The notes beneath the pieces were generated by a model that was not told the DNA's origin, made no database searches, and worked only from the letters and a program-made list of their open reading frames with translations. The position numbers and the translations under genes are program-made. This document shows, piece after piece, positions 37,840 to 52,479 of a stretch of 64,000 bases of DNA. The stretch is from Haplodiscus bocki. Lineage: Eukaryota. The stretch is taken from positions 14,694,001 through 14,758,000 of the forward strand of contig OZ296650.1 in the NCBI GenBank assembly GCA_965655095.1, in the 5' to 3' direction. The number at the start of each line of letters is the position of its first letter. Within the stretch, counting starts at the first letter, position 1.

Positions 37840-38285
37840 AAAGACATAATTTGCAATTGTCTCAGAACAATTTCGATGAGATGCGATTGGAATTTGGCTA
37901 AGACATGCAATTGGAGTTTGGCTAAGACACAATTTGAAATTGTCTTAGAATATTTTCGATAAGATGCGATTGGAATTTGGCTAACACACAATTTAAAAAT
38001 GTCTTACAATATTTTCGATGAGATGCGATTGGAATTTGGTCAGAATTTTTTCGATGAGATGCTATTGGAATTTGGCTAAAACACAATTGGGAATTGTCTT
38101 AGAATAATTTCGATGAGATGCGATTGGAAATTGGCTAAGACACAATTTAAAAATGTCTTAGAATATTTTCGATGAGATGCGATTGGAATTTGGCTCAGAC
38201 ACAATTTAAAAATGTCTTAGAATGTTTTCGATGCGAGGCATGTAATTTGGCAAAGACATTATTCGATAATGTCGTAGAATATTTT
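37840..38285. repeat. Minisatellite, ~59-60-bp unit x ~7
   Basis: Unit AATATTTTCGATGAGATGCGATTGGAATTTGGCTAAGACACAATTTAAAAATGTCTTAG, with some partial copies. Confidence 0.9.
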
Positions 38286-38344
38286 CTTCCGAAGGAAGAG
38301 GGAAAAGAATGTAGGTTAATTTTATCCCCATAAAAGGGAAGAGA

Positions 38345-38440
38345 TTAGTAAAGTAAGGAAAAGCAAGAAACGAGTAAAGTAAGAGAGTAAGGTAAGGTAA
38401 GAGAAGTAAGCGTAAGCCGTCCGGTAAGCGAGTAAGAAAA
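38345..38440. repeat. Purine-rich low-complexity tract (AGTAAG-like)
   Basis: AGTAAAGTAAGG...GAGTAAGGTAAGGTAAGAGAAGTAAGCGTAAGC. Confidence 0.6.
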
Positions 38441-41400
38441 TAATGTTCGAGCCGCTTTCCCGTACCAGTTACAAAATGAAGCTACCGTGTGCGTGTCTTT
38501 ATTTGAGTATTGAGCCAGTCGCGTTGAACCGCGTTCCAACGCTTTTAGAATTTTTTTTCCTTCCTTTGTGCAATTCCATTCCTTCAGTTTTCTTTTATAC
38601 TGCGCGTTATTTCATTCCTCCAGTAGCTCCCAGGTTAGTCAATACCGTCTGCAGTTCTCTTGTTAAACATTAGTCATTTCCTGTTTAATAGCTTACTGCA
38701 CGTATTTAAGAATTATAACACATTTGTTTAAGCGTTAGCTATAACGCGACAATTAGAAGTAATGATGCTATGCCAGAAGATAGGTTACATACAGAAACGA
38801 AATTTGGCGAGCTCTTTTTTCCAGTATCAACTCAGAGTAAGATCATCGCAACGCAGGAACTTTTTCCCGTACCCTAATGTAGATGGAGACATAGTCGTAA
38901 AACAAGGCAATCCGTGCATGCAGGTCTTGGACTTCCTATCACGAGAAGATCCAACGGACTATGCGATTCCGCCACATGTTCATTTCCTGATTACTTTCTC
39001 TGAGATTGCTTGGCTCCAATAAGATTCTTCCCTTCAAGCCTTCTTTGCCTCTGAGTGTGGTGCACTTTTTGTTTTGAGTATCTTAAACCCAGAACGCAGA
39101 GCCTGAGTGTGAAAAAAGTTCAGACAGACTGATTCAGCCGTCAGCTATAAGAACCAGCGTCCCGTAATAGCAAAGAGACTATTCTAATTTTCACAAATTT
39201 AAGGTTAATGTTTTTTCAGCGCCCAACACCTTCGCTATTCCTTGTTCTTGAGCTCAATTATAGAGAACACTCGCACGCACATGTAAAACGCGCCTATGAA
39301 TTACAAACAACATGTACAAAAACTGATCGACATCTTTGCACTCACTGTGGTGAGGCTCGTATGAGTCAACAGAAGGAAGTTTGCAAAAACTGCGAACACT
39401 CATCAGTATAACATGTTAAATAAGAATTCCGATCGATGGACAACGCATGAGAATTGCATTTTTTGTATCATTGTTGCTTGAAAACGTGGAAATTGACAAT
39501 CCAAAGCAATAAATAAAGTAAACCTAACAGAAATGTTCAAAAATAGGCAACGAGCATCCCATATTCCTTCAATCAGTTTTTGTGCTGATGTTATTTCCGA
39601 AGTTGGATAAAACGAAAACAAAACGCAACTCATTTCACGACGGAGGCTATGGGCGGACTGACAAACTCAAGGCGCTACTCTGGCTTTCAGTAGCGCTAAT
39701 ACTAGAGGTCCTGTAGTTTACCTTGTTGTAACAAAATATGTCTTCTACCACTCTACGACTGGAAAAGACCGCACACGATTAGCGTTGATGATAATTTTCA
39801 TCACCCACTTTCTCCGAACGCAGTCTAGCTTCCACAAACTAAAATCATAAAACGTGAGCCTGTCAAGCCTTCTGTAAAAACTACATTCAATCATGACTGA
39901 AATGTCGCGTATCGCCGTGATATTGAGTTCTGATGCAAAATGGATCCATTTGACAAGAAATCTCAGAACACAAAACCTCCCGAACACAATAATTTTCTCA
40001 AACACCAACTGAATTCATAAAGAAGTTTTTGTTACCTTTTTTGACAAGTGCACATACAAAACTGATAAGCGAACACGCCTCACATTGCAGAATGCAAGCG
40101 TACATTGTCGACTTTTACCACCTAGAACACTGTCAAGGCATGGAATACGGCAAACGTTGGAAAGGGGAACAAAAGATGGTTCAACCAAGCCCAGAAAAAA
40201 AAAACAAAGTTTTTTCAGAAAAACCCCATTCCCAGTTCTCTGTCCTACCGATAATTAAAATTATCCTCATACATTGTTTCATCGATGCGTATCTCAAAAC
40301 AATTCATCGGGCATCCTGGTACGCCAGTATCTCTCCACTGCTCCTTTTTTATGCAGATTAAAGGCCTGGCCCAGTTGAGTGGAACACTATTAACGTGGAC
40401 CGATCTTTCACCAAACAATTTATAGTGACCACACACCGCCCGAACACCCCGACGATCGAACAGGGCCAACCTCTCCGATTTTCAAAGACCGTAACCCAAC
40501 CGTTGCTGCTGAGCTGAAAAATCAAAACTCAATTTCAGTCAAGCCATAGTGGTCCCTATATCGATGTTCTTGCTGCGCGAGCCGTATCTTGAATCCACTA
40601 GAACGGACCAAAACAAACCCTTGGCACATCATTGAACTCTTAACCACAGGAAAAACTTTTTTTAATACACACCGATTGGACTTGGTACCACCCATTAAGG
40701 GCTTCACAACCTTGTTTTGTTCCATAACAGCTTGCTTTCAACTGGTGAAAAGATCAACTTTTCACGGTTACACCGGTGCAACTTTCTTGAAACTTTCTTC
40801 AAGCGTTTCCAAGAGCCTGTATCACTACAGACCGAACTGTTTCGCCAAGTGTACAAGACGGAAATTGGAGACTTCATGCTACTGCTCCTTCAGCAATCCG
40901 GCGCACTTGATGCAATGCCATTCGAGATCGCAGCCGATAACTGTGGATTGGACAATTCAATTGACACCATTAGACATAATGAAAAGAAGCTCCGTCATGT
41001 TGCGTTCGATACCACATACTACTGGCCATGGTCACAGGCTGAAAAAGATGTTGATTGTCTCATTGATTGCCTCAGGACTCTTTATACCTGAAGATTCATG
41101 GATGCAAGAAATGAAACCTCTCGAAAACTGGGAGCGATGACACTGATGATAGTAAAAACCAAAAACGTAAACTTCCTTCTGTCGGGTAAGCTGGCCATAA
41201 GGCGATCGAAAAATTTAGTTCTACTCAAAGAAACTTTATTGGGCTAGAAAGTATGTCTTTATCATTAGATTTGCGGTAAAAGAACGGTTTTCGTTTACAT
41301 AAAATTGGAAGTATTCATGATCAAAAAGCTTGAAAGGAATTGAATAGCGCTGAGGCTCAGAGAAGACGTCTGAACGATCCGTTCTAAAAAGATGTTTTAC

Positions 41401-42059
41401 TTCCTTTTCATACCACCACTGTTACTATCTGAACGGATAATATAGAATTTCAGTTCCCCTGATTGGTACATGAAGTTGTTTTGATGAAAAACAAGGCTGC
41501 GCAACAAAATGATCGTTCCCCGAATGTTCCAAGATGCTGAAGTTGATGGTCCAAATTGTGCTGAATTTTTTTATTGAGTCCATGGACGCTCAAAACAGTT
41601 CCATGTTGCTTCTCATTCCCAGGTCCACGATGACGAAATTGTTCAACACGCACTAAGAGTTTCTTTTAGAGATCAATAGAAGTTGCCAGTGGACCCCAGA
41701 GAACAACTTTTTTCCCTTCAACATCAATCCAGAGCAACCAAAATTCGTTCAATCCACCAATTGTTTTACAAATTGTAGCGAGTAACAAACAGACTGGAAT
41801 TATTGAAAATTTTCGTTGAAAAAGGACGCTGCGCTCACTCGGAAGGTAACGCTTGCTCGATACCAAAACCGACTTTTACTCTACTTTACAGATTGGCAAT
41901 CTCCGAATGATAGTGACTTTTTCCTTGATTAACAACTGACGCTTCGGGACAAAAACTCATTTTTGTCATCAAAACGTAGCGATACCGCAGAAAAACCTCA
42001 AAAAATATTGTTTTTCGCTAAAAACAGACGTTTCAGCATCTTTCTCGAACTAAGAAAAC

Positions 42060-45000
42060 ATTGTTGCTGTTGCTGCTGATTTGCAGTCAAGCTCTGGGGA
42101 TCTCTCCCTTACATCTGTACAGGACACTGCCCATTTCTCGCTGGATTTTTAACATTTGCAACACAACTGCCGAGAAGACAAATTTTCAGGTGAGTACTTC
42201 TCTCTCGCCGACTTCCACATGAAGTTTAGGACTTGGTTTTTTTAAGCCCTTTAGATTTCTCGAAGTTGATACATTTGTTCTGTTTACATCCTTCATGTGA
42301 GGTGAATAAACGTGCCCTGAGTTTTTTTCTGAACTTAGTTATGGCAACTTGAAGAACGCCATATTTGGGTTTCGAATTACTATAGAATCTGTTAGCTCAA
42401 TGTTGTGATGTTCCTTTTCTTGATAGAACTTCCATTGAAAACAGATGTCATTCAAATGTAAGAGAAGAGGAAGGACAATTAGTAGCCACGGCTGTTCGTT
42501 GAGGTTTAGATCTTTAACTGGAGTCCGACAGACCCTTTTCGATGACTTCTGTTAGAGAACTCCAAGCTCTCCGATGCTCCTTCTTGTCGGGTGTGCATAT
42601 GTTAGGCGATAAATGGCGGGATTGTGTAGATATACATACCCGGTTCGACGACTGTTTTTACGCGATACATATCTCTTCATTTTGAACAGTATAACGTTTT
42701 GTTCGCTTTCTAAAGGCGTTCCTTGATGAGGCTAGACCATGAAATATTGCCACCTACACTGGTTCCAATATTGTTCTGGGTGCCTGTTCAATCAGGATCT
42801 TTCGTTCTGATTCAGTTTTGGAAAAAAACTGCGCGCATTTGAGAACGACTAGTTCCATTTGTTGTTAAAGATCGCGTTTCGCTTTTTCAAGCTGTCATGA
42901 AGGAACGTTGGATTGAATCATCTTTTTGAAAAATTTACGAGTCGTCGGCCAATATACATCAATGACTGAATCTCATGATCTCGGGTAAATAGTTCATAAA
43001 GATATATAATAGAAGAAGCCCTAAATTAAAGATCCTTGGGGTATACAACTGGACACTGGCAGCTCATATGAGCACTGGTTTTCCATCTGATCAAACTCCT
43101 TGCGCATTCCAGGTTGTGAAAGTGAATATCGAGTAGGCCACGGCAAAATGCGGTTTCTTCAGGTTTCCGCACAAACACTTCATGGAGTACACGGTCGAAA
43201 ACCTTTGAGAAGTCCGCAAAAAATGCTACTATTGATTCTTTTGAGTTGTTGTCTAGTACTGTGTAGATATTCTGCAAAAAATGTAGCATGTTACCAAGCA
43301 TAGGTTGTTTCCTAACAAAACCCTGTTGATTTCTTGTCTCATGGATTGCAAAATCTTCATAGAGTGAACCATTAACGAATAACTCAATGATTTTGGTTTC
43401 AAAAATAAGTAATTAAACTACCGATTACTAGTCATGTTTGTTTATTCCCTTTTCTGTGTATACGCGTGACAACTGTTTTGTTCCGTAATTTAGAAAGCGT
43501 CTCTGTTCTCGTTATTGCCTTGAAAAGTACGTTGCGCTCGTCAGAAGTTTTAATTCGCGTTTTGAAAAACAAAGCAGGCGCGATTCCATCTGGGCCTTTG
43601 CTATGGGTGATGTCAACTTCTGTGAGAATATCAGGAAGACTCGTTTTGGATAGGCTAAAACTCGACGGCAGAGCGTGTTTGTTTACTTTAAAGACTTCCA
43701 TTTCATATGTCTCTCTTGAGGAAAAAATTGATTTAGGAAGCTGTTGAACAGCTTAGCTTCACCTATAGATGTGGACTCTACTACCAAGAGTCACAGTGAA
43801 CGGCAAATTGAATTTTTGTTGAGCGTCGAAAAGAATTTGTCTATCCGGTCTTTGTGTCGCGGTCAATCAAATAATTCTGTTCATATTTTTTATCCTCCTG
43901 CTGACGCAGGCTACCGTGTTTTCAATTTGCATCAATTTTGACTGACCGTAGTTGGCAAGTTTGCTCTATGGTAAGAGTGCTCCCGTTGCTTGCCTTTCCA
44001 TCTTTTGTGAAGTCGAAGGTCTGATCCAAGGTGCAGTGCTCATCGAAGAGTTGTTCTTCACTCAGTTACCTGTGGTGGACATCGAGCTCGGTATGCGGAT
44101 TATGGGTTTTTGTTTAACAAATAGTCTCAAGCGGTTCTTGATTCATACATTGAAAGATTTTGTCAAGAATTGAAGAATTGCAGAATTCATACATTGAAGA
44201 AATGAATCAAAGCCAGTCGATTTGCTAATTTAAGTTGTAGAGGACTGGTTGAGTGAGATACAGATCTCGTTTTTCAAGTTGTTTTGAAGTTTGCTGCTTG
44301 CTTGAATATTTGGTTTGCAAACGACCTCAGTATGTTTTGTTTTTATTCGACATTTCTGTTCCACGTGTCCCAACAGTTAGATCAAAGATTGGGGTTTCAG
44401 CATGGTATGGCTTTTGTGGTCTGTGGTAACAATTTCACAGCAATTTGAATCTTTTCAACATCACATCTACAGGGCCGTTTTTCGGTGGGCTGTAGAGAAA
44501 ACAAACATAGAAGAAAGATCCTTTGATCATGTCTCCTCAAGTTAGAAACCCATCTTTTCCACTTTTGATTTTATGGCAGCAAGTTATGTTTTCGATCACA
44601 ATCAATTCTCCAGCGTGTTTTTTCTCACCTTCTGCTGGCCCATTTCTCCTTTGGATGGGGTAGTCTTCCAAATGGAGTTCATTGTCAATAATGTTTTCGC
44701 TAAGTCATGTATGTCTGATAAACACTAGGTTGTAGTCTCAAATCTTGACTGCATTTGCTAGTTTGAGACGACCTTCAAAGTTGACGAGCATCTGCAGCCT
44801 TTCCTGCAAGATGTTCGAGTAGCCTGGTCAAATTGAATTGGTGGTTATGTAAGGGCACCTACTGTGATCTCCTAATCGAAGCCGATGCCGTCGTTTTGGT
44901 GTCTCCAATTGATTTCGAAGGTTTTTTTATTTTACTTCCCTCTTTCTAATCTCGTCTTTTTCTGCTCGTTGTCTCTCTTCTAGATTCTTCAAAAAGACGA

Positions 45001-45880
45001 AAGTTGTGTTTAAGAAAAAACAGAACTTCGTTTGTTTTAGTTTCTTCTTGGTTTTTAATACTCCAACATTTGTCATCGCCTTCAAGGTTTTACTTAGGCA
45101 AGGTTTTATTCATTGTAAGTGCTTTGTTGTTTTCCCTCGCGACACGTAGAAATATTCCTGCGCCAACTTTTTTTAAGAAACTTCTAGCCAAAACTAAACG
45201 TGCCTCGTGTTCGTTAGCAACGGCTACCAGTAAGTTTTTTGTATATCGGTCTTTTTTTGTTTTTCCCAATAACCCAATTTCTACGACTTGTGTCTCGGCG
45301 CCTGAAGTTTTCATTACTTCTATCACTTCGGCATTGATTGGGACGATACTTTTGTCATTAATTTTTGAATGATCCGCTGGGCTACCCCTTGAACATATCT
45401 CTTTTTCCCAATGCCATGAATCACTCTGTTCGACTCATTTTGCTCCCCTTGCGCAGGGTATTTGGTAGTTTTTGAGGTAGCAACGATAAATGCATAACTC
45501 GCATCAACTTTCAAACGTGTCCCATTGAAAGTGTTTTTTGATCTCTCTGTAAACCATTGAGGCTAGATTTGCTTCTATGCTAAGCAGTTGTTTTTCCAGA
45601 CACCGTTCACCTCAGTTTTTTCGTGTGCTCTTAATTGTTTGTTTTCGAAAGAAGGCGTCTCGCTCGTTGTTTTCATCGCAAATGTTGCAAATTAGCGTTG
45701 CGTTTTCTCCCAACTCCTTGACTCCTGAAATTTTGGCTAGTGACACGGCAATGCAAACGTTTGTTGGGTGTATGTGACAAGCCCACGCTACAGAAAGAGA
45801 AGTGAGTTCACCTCCCTTGGCAATTCCTTCGAGGGTTCTACAGATCTTCGACATTTTGGAAGTAACTTTCACTTGCGTCA
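42060..45880 (-). mobile_element. Near full-length degenerate CR1-type LINE (family B)
   Basis: ORF1 with a Cys/His (PHD-like) N-terminus (ACHIHPTNVC...ICNICD) and RRM-like LLVAVANEHEARLVL. ORF2 relics: APE (NELHLEDYPI), RT (KGPDGI, QQGFVRK, FADFSKVFDRV, IPQGS, LADD). 3' tail GGGAGAGATCCCC..GCTTGACTGCAAATC(AGC/AAC)n at 42060-42108. Confidence 0.85.
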
Positions 45881-47479
45881 ACGTACACAGAGTACACTAA
45901 CGAAAGTTGATTGGCGTGAGGACCTTAAATAAGGATTTGTTTTTCGTCAAATCTTTTCCTTCTTGCTGCTTTTCTGATAGCTGCAAGTTTCATCCGTTTC
46001 TTGGGGTTCCTTATTTTTGATTTTGCTTCGAAAACTTGACAATTTTTGCTGTGTCTTCTTACAGTTTCCCAGATATGGATCTCTCGATGCCTCTGGACCT
46101 GAAACTGGCCTAAGTTTCTTGTCCAGAGGCGTTTCTTCTGCTCCTTTTTTGATGAGAAAAATCCGTGATGACTCTAACCACGGTGGCATGGTCATTCAAT
46201 TTTTTCTCAGTTTTTTTAAACTGTTTGGAACATCTTTGCGACTTGCAAGCACAACAGTAACCTGGTTCGGAATTCGTTGGAAGAGTTTTAAAAGATTATC
46301 CGTTACAATTTCAGATGTGGACATTTCGGTTGAGCGGTTACAAGGTTGTTGAGGACGCTTTGCCAAAAAGTTTCCGCAGTTTTTCGGGTGATAAAGTTGA
46401 GTTAACTTAAAACTATCTTCAAACATTTCAATTCGAGATGCAGACTCAACAGTAAGATGGTTCTGATTTGATTTGGGAGTCTCTTGTGAATGTTTTTCGG
46501 CTTTTTTTGGTTAGGGCCCGTTGATTGAATCTGGTTCCAATAATGACAACGATCAACTACAAAGTGGGGACCACCATGATGCTGCATTTGCATCTCTAAA
46601 CTGAACTTTTTAAATAGATTTATAACCGCCTGTTTGCAGGTTAATCATTATGTGTCTTACTCATATCTGTTGTCAGTTTTGTCCCCTATTGTGGTTTTGT
46701 CTTGGAATCTTTTCACAGGTATCGTCAGTTGCCATAAATTTGCTGGCCGGGTGATTTTCCTAAAGAGATGTCACAGCATCTCTCTCTTTACAAATCGTTA
46801 CTGGAACATCAATAACTCAGTTCAACTTGTTCATATTGTATTGTCCCAGAACATCAACGGACTTGGGGTGGAATGCTTGTACACCACCGACTTTCCCGTA
46901 GGGAGCTATGCAGAATAGATATTCTTCTGAAAATTTACCAGATGCCGGTCATCTATAGCTTGCTCGGTGACGGTCAATTTTCCCGTATTTTTCAACAGCC
47001 TTAAACATTGGCAGGGGGCTGTACCATTAGTGAAGGACTCTGCAACCTTATTGTAGATTTACACTTTGCAGTACTTTTTGTCAAAAATTACCCTAATTTG
47101 AATTTCACCCGTTCATCAAATTTTTCAGCTACGCATATTTGGAGTTTGGCCAACCCGAAGCATTTCAATGAGTTTGAGCACACGGCTTGGAAACTGGCTG
47201 CGACACAAAATCCGGAAAAAAGTCTACGATTGGTTCAAAAGTAACGAATAAGATGAATGTTGCTAGTTTTCGTCACCCAGCCCCAACCTTGTGTGAATGG
47301 AGTGACATAAGTCACAAAAAAAATTTGCATTCTAGGCTAATTATGAGTTATGGGTTCTCGATAAGTTATACAAACTACAAGCCGGGAATCCTCTGCATTT
47401 CTTCACTGCTTGTGATAATTCAAAATGGAATTTTTGAACTTCCCTCCAAAACATGTATATTATGAGAAAGGTACCGGTA

Positions 47480-50200
47480 GAAAACAACGGCGTGATGAAC
47501 AACAACTGGCTTGAACATATGAATGTTCGGTCAATGAAAAAAAAAGATCGACGATTTGAAAAGGCTTGGTAATACAATTGGTAACGAACTGCCTGGTATA
47601 TGTTTAGGGGAAACATGGATGAAGATTGACATTCCACTCGATATGATCCGTATCCCTAACTATCAAGAAATATTATCCTTCCCTAGTTTCTTGGACAACG
47701 GTAGAGTTGCGTTTTGTTTTCGATTTGAGCTTCTAAATCATTGAGTGAAACAACGCTCGCCTTTGACCGTGGCGGTATTCAAATACGAAACAAAAAAAAG
47801 ATCAACTGAAAGTTTTCCGTCCCTATAACTCTCCATCTAATGGTTAAACTACATTCCTGGTGGAGATGGATCTGTTACTCAAGGAAAAGAATAAGATTGG
47901 AGAGCTTTTTTTTCATTTTAGGTGACATGCACTTTGTCAATTCGAAACGTTTTTCAGTTAGTATGAACTATCTAAACATGAAAAATCAAAACGGTTTCTA
48001 CCAAATATTATTGACCTCAACGAAAGTCACGCAATTTTCATCCATCAGAATTGATCTTGTGATTCACAGCGGTTTTTTTTCGCACAATTGATGCTGGTGT
48101 CATCAGATCGACCATAACCGGTTGTTATTGTACAAATGGTGAGTTTCTATTCCTCGGAGAGAATACCATTGAAAATGGAAGGTCACGGAATAAAATTAGA
48201 GAAACGGAAAAAGATAATTTTCAATTCCTTGAGTGTTTTCAAACTGACTGAGACAAGAAAAAGATCTACACGTATTATTTAAATGACGCTGTTTGATCTT
48301 TGCTCGAACCTAATCAATCGAAATGAGAATCATTTACAACAGTCAAGAAATAAAGAAATAAAATTAGGCAGGACAAATTCCCCAAAAAGGAAAAGGAAAA
48401 AGTTACAAGAAGTGCTCAGCAAGTTTTCAACTAATAAAAACAAAACTGCATTTGAAAAATTCCCTAACCAAGTTGCATCAGAGATTGGGAATGAAGAAGG
48501 GGAGCATCTAAAAAGACAATTCGAAAAATTTATGATCTATAAAGAGCAATTCATCAAAAACCTAAAAATTGCTACCAGTAAACGTGTTCAACACGCGCTC
48601 ATTCATCCCTGACGTTATGTTCGCACAGGCATGCAGTCACCGAATGACTTCCTCGTAAACATTACAAAAAATTTGGCAAATAACAATAGTGTAGATTTGG
48701 CAACAGCACCATGCTTCTAAACGAACTATTGTTCTGTGTTTCTAGAATACGTCAGTGCAAGCGAAATCAAACAAGTAGGTACAAGAATTCCCTGTAGAAG
48801 GCTACAAGAATTGAAAATATCTCCGCTGCAACACGTAAGCGTGCTTCCTCTGTGCTTGTTGCATCAAATACTAATTTTATTTTTTTTTTGGTTCCCGATC
48901 AGGTTTTTTCCTGATTGTCTTAGGTTGGCTGGCGTAAGACCTGTTTTCAGTCCTACACGACTAATTTCAAGTAAGAAGTTATGGATTTGTCTCAGTTCTC
49001 CCTTCCTTGAGTAAAAGTTTTGAAGGAGCTTGTGGTGGAGAATTCTATAAGTTTTTGTGCTAAAACTAATTTTCTTGCCATGAATCAAAATAAGTTTAAA
49101 CTAAAGCCATAAACCGTAGAAAAATTGGCTGGAAAAAAAAGAGAAACATGGATATTCAAGTCAGGAAATGGAGCAATATTCTGCATTTTCACATTTGAAA
49201 AAACCCTTTGGCAAAATAAATCACCAACGCTTGCTTGAGAATTGGATCTCTATGGCGTCAGAAGAACTGTACTAACATGGGCAAAAGCATTCACAATCGA
49301 CATCAGGGTCTTAATGTTGATGGTGTTAAGTTCACACACAGAAAAAGTAGTCGTGGTGCTCCACAGGGCTCCATTCTAAGACAACTGCTGTTAATCATCT
49401 CTAACATTGACCGCAAAGACTGTGTCGTGTTTTCGAAACAATTCTGTTTACTAATGACACTCAAACGATGTTACAGAAACCAGAAAAGGATGGGTTCTGG
49501 ATTAATAAATCTTGAGTTGAAAAGACTGTCTTTTTGGTTGAATGTCAACAGACTGAAGCTCAGTTTTGAGAAATTGCAATTTCTTTGTTTTAAAGATACA
49601 GGGAATGCGTTCCTCAAAATCATGGGCCAAATTATTTTGACATGTGAGTCCTCTAAAAATGTGGGAATACAACTGCATGCAAAGTTCCATTTAACAACCA
49701 CTTAAATTCTGTGGCGAAACGATTGTCGAAGTACATCTCCGTTATTGCTATTTTCCATCAAAATGTGTCAAACAATATACTACTTAAAAACTACGCTATG
49801 AAACCTATTGTTCCTTAAGGAAGATTGATTTACAGTGAACCAGCAGAAATCACAATTCTACCTTTTTTTAGAGATCAAAAAACCTCCACGCTTCATCTAT
49901 TCCCAGAACAAAACGTTAACCATCGCTAGTTTGTTCCAACTCAGTGTATTGTTCATATTAATTGAGCTTTATGCATTCGAATTCTGCAAATTTCCACTGG
50001 CGTCAACTCGAAGCGAACAAGTTTCTGCTTTTTGTCAAAATCTCTCCTCCAAAAAAAACGCGAAGAGTTGCCTCAGGAAACTTCAAGGTGCTAACAGTGA
50101 CCGATGCTCAGATAAAGACTTCACCAAGTACACTTGGTGTTCGATTGCTCCATTTTTTGATCTCTATTCAAGAATCAGGAACCCACTGTTAAAGTCCGTA
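47480..50200 (+). mobile_element. Highly degenerate CR1/L2-type LINE ORF2
   Basis: HMNVRSM, ICLGETW, ILGDM, TKVTQFSSIRIDLV (APE); FPDCLRLAGVRPVF, GAPQGSIL, LSFWLNVNRLKLSFEK (RT). Confidence 0.75.
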
Positions 50201-51002
50201 CTATGCCACCTCTAAACTTTCAAAGCTTTTTTGGAGGACTGATAAACAAGTTCCCGTGTTAACAAAATGCCAAAAAAAATTCTTTTAAGGTACTCCTTAT
50301 CTAATGACTTGTTTAACTGTAATCTTCCAACAAACCAATTTGAGCTCTTGGAGGGTCACCCTAATGTGTTTTTTATAATGGAAAATTCTTTGTCTTGCTG
50401 TTTGAAACAAGGAATTTTGGTGAAGAAACATCTGCTTCTTCATCTTCTTTTTTTGTTCTTCTAGGCCTTTTTTCAAGTTTCTGCTGCTAGTCTATTACAC
50501 AGTCTGATCAGTCCTTTCCATATCGGTACCTTCATTTCCAAAACAACCAAAGAAATATGTTTTTTCGAGAAAACTTTGTGTATGCACTGGTATTCCAGAT
50601 GTCTTCAGTATAGTTCGCTAAAGAAGCTAAAAAACTGTAGTTCATTGTGGTGGTTTTGGTATTGATGAAGGATGGATTGATGTTTGTATATACACTTAAA
50701 TTCAAAAGTTTTGGCTATCAAGTGAAAACAAGCTTTTCGGGTTACTTTTCGTTGACCGTTGACGATATTACTTGTCTCCAACAGTTACTACACGATGATG
50801 ATTTTCGAAACAGCGCCTTCGAGGATGTACTCTGAAACAAAAACTGTGAAATAAAAGTCATTCGTAAAACACTCAACGCACCACTTCTCAGTCTCAGAAA
50901 AAAATTGAATGTCCAAACTAATCAGTAATTTAGACAAATTGAATCTTTTGTCCCAGTTGAGAAAAGTCCATGGGCGATGGTGCAAATATCACGGATAATG
51001 TA

Positions 51003-51075
51003 TGCTACGGTGTCGAATTCGAACCTCTTGTTCTACTGTTGCAGGGCAAACGCTCCTACAAGGTCATTCAAAAAT
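51003..51075 (-). other. tRNA-like relic or tRNA-derived SINE head
   Basis: The minus strand has a GGTTCGAATTC B-box downstream of GTAGGAGCG and a weak anticodon-like arm. The cloverleaf is not convincing. Confidence 0.25.
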
Positions 51076-52479
51076 TCAAAAAAGAAGAAGACGCTCGCTC
51101 GGACTTTAAAACAATTGGTGTGAAGCAATAACGTTTCAGTCGATGCTTTTTTGATGTCAAAAATTTTAATCCTTTAGCAAAAACATCAAAAACAATACCT
51201 CAGTCCTACAATTATCACCAAAATTGCAAAAAGAAGAAGTAAAAGCAATGCAATCTGGATCTCGAACAGAGCAGCTTCGTTCCACTAATCTTCTCATGAA
51301 CAACAGGCGCTGAGTCCACTGCCAAAAAAGTAAGGCAACGACTCGCGGAGAAGATATGGGAGAGAAGATCGGAATCCTAGGCCGAATACTTTTATCAAAT
51401 CCAAACCAAAGTAATCATTGCACACTTCGGTAGTCCAATTCTTTGTTTGAGGGGCTGCAGATCAGCAAAAATGAATGAGCCGGTAGAAGAGTCATTGAGA
51501 GCGATCATTGAAGAAGGAAGTCTGTAGTACCATGTGCAAATTTTTAATATAAAGCGTTTGGGATTAACCTAAGAAACCGTAAGTTATTGCCATCCTCTTG
51601 TTCTATATAATGAAGAAAACCGTGCAATGAGACCGTTTTTGAATAGTTTCAAATTGAAAGTGCAAATTATTGGACCTGTGTTGGCCACCAATTTCTAACT
51701 GATGGTTGTTAATATTAGAAACAGTTGCATTCATCGTGCTTTGAACAATGGAAAGTGGAAAGGCATTCAGAAAAGTCTTTCAAACCAAATCACAGCCTTT
51801 CCTGGGATGAGTCTCCATACGGAATCCAAGTAGTGGAAGACACTTTCAGCTCAACTTCGATTTATCCCTCAGAAGAACCCGTTGGTCTTGAGGAACGACG
51901 TCCTCAACAACACTTTGAGACCGCATACGAAGTACACCAGATCTGAAATTGGAACGGAGCAACTTGAAAAACTCTCAAAGCAAATACCGACGTTTGTTGG
52001 TATTTTGCATACAGTTTTCAAAGGTGAGCCAAAGTAATTCAACAGTTTGGAGAAGCACTCCAACGAACAGGCGCCCGTTTTGAGAGTCATCTTTGAATTA
52101 CTCTCAAAGAAGAAACAGAAAGGTCCTATCTGGACAAAAGCGTTCAGCGAGCTTCACGTCTAGAGTCACCGAGAGTTTCAAACCTGGAAAGCTATGAAAA
52201 GACAAAACAACAATCTTCGAGGCCTCCGAGCAGAATCAAAATTAGTGCATTCCAAACAACGGAAGAAATTTGCAGCCCTGGAGAAATCAGAGAGAGGCTA
52301 AAGGTAAACAAGTTTTTTCCTTACGGACCTCAGCTTAGTCTTGTGGCACTGGCTCACACAGTGTATTTTGAGATATGAAACTTGCATTCTCCCTCTCTTT
52401 TGATTGGTTATCGGCTCTAGTTCACTCAAGGTACCTTGAAATCCTTGAAAGATTTCCGAAAAAAATCCTAGACCTGTAG

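Noticed and set aside
36826-38285. CRISPR-like appearance of the regular ~60-bp repeats
   Set aside because: Whole units repeat with no unique spacers, there are no cas genes, and the context is eukaryotic.
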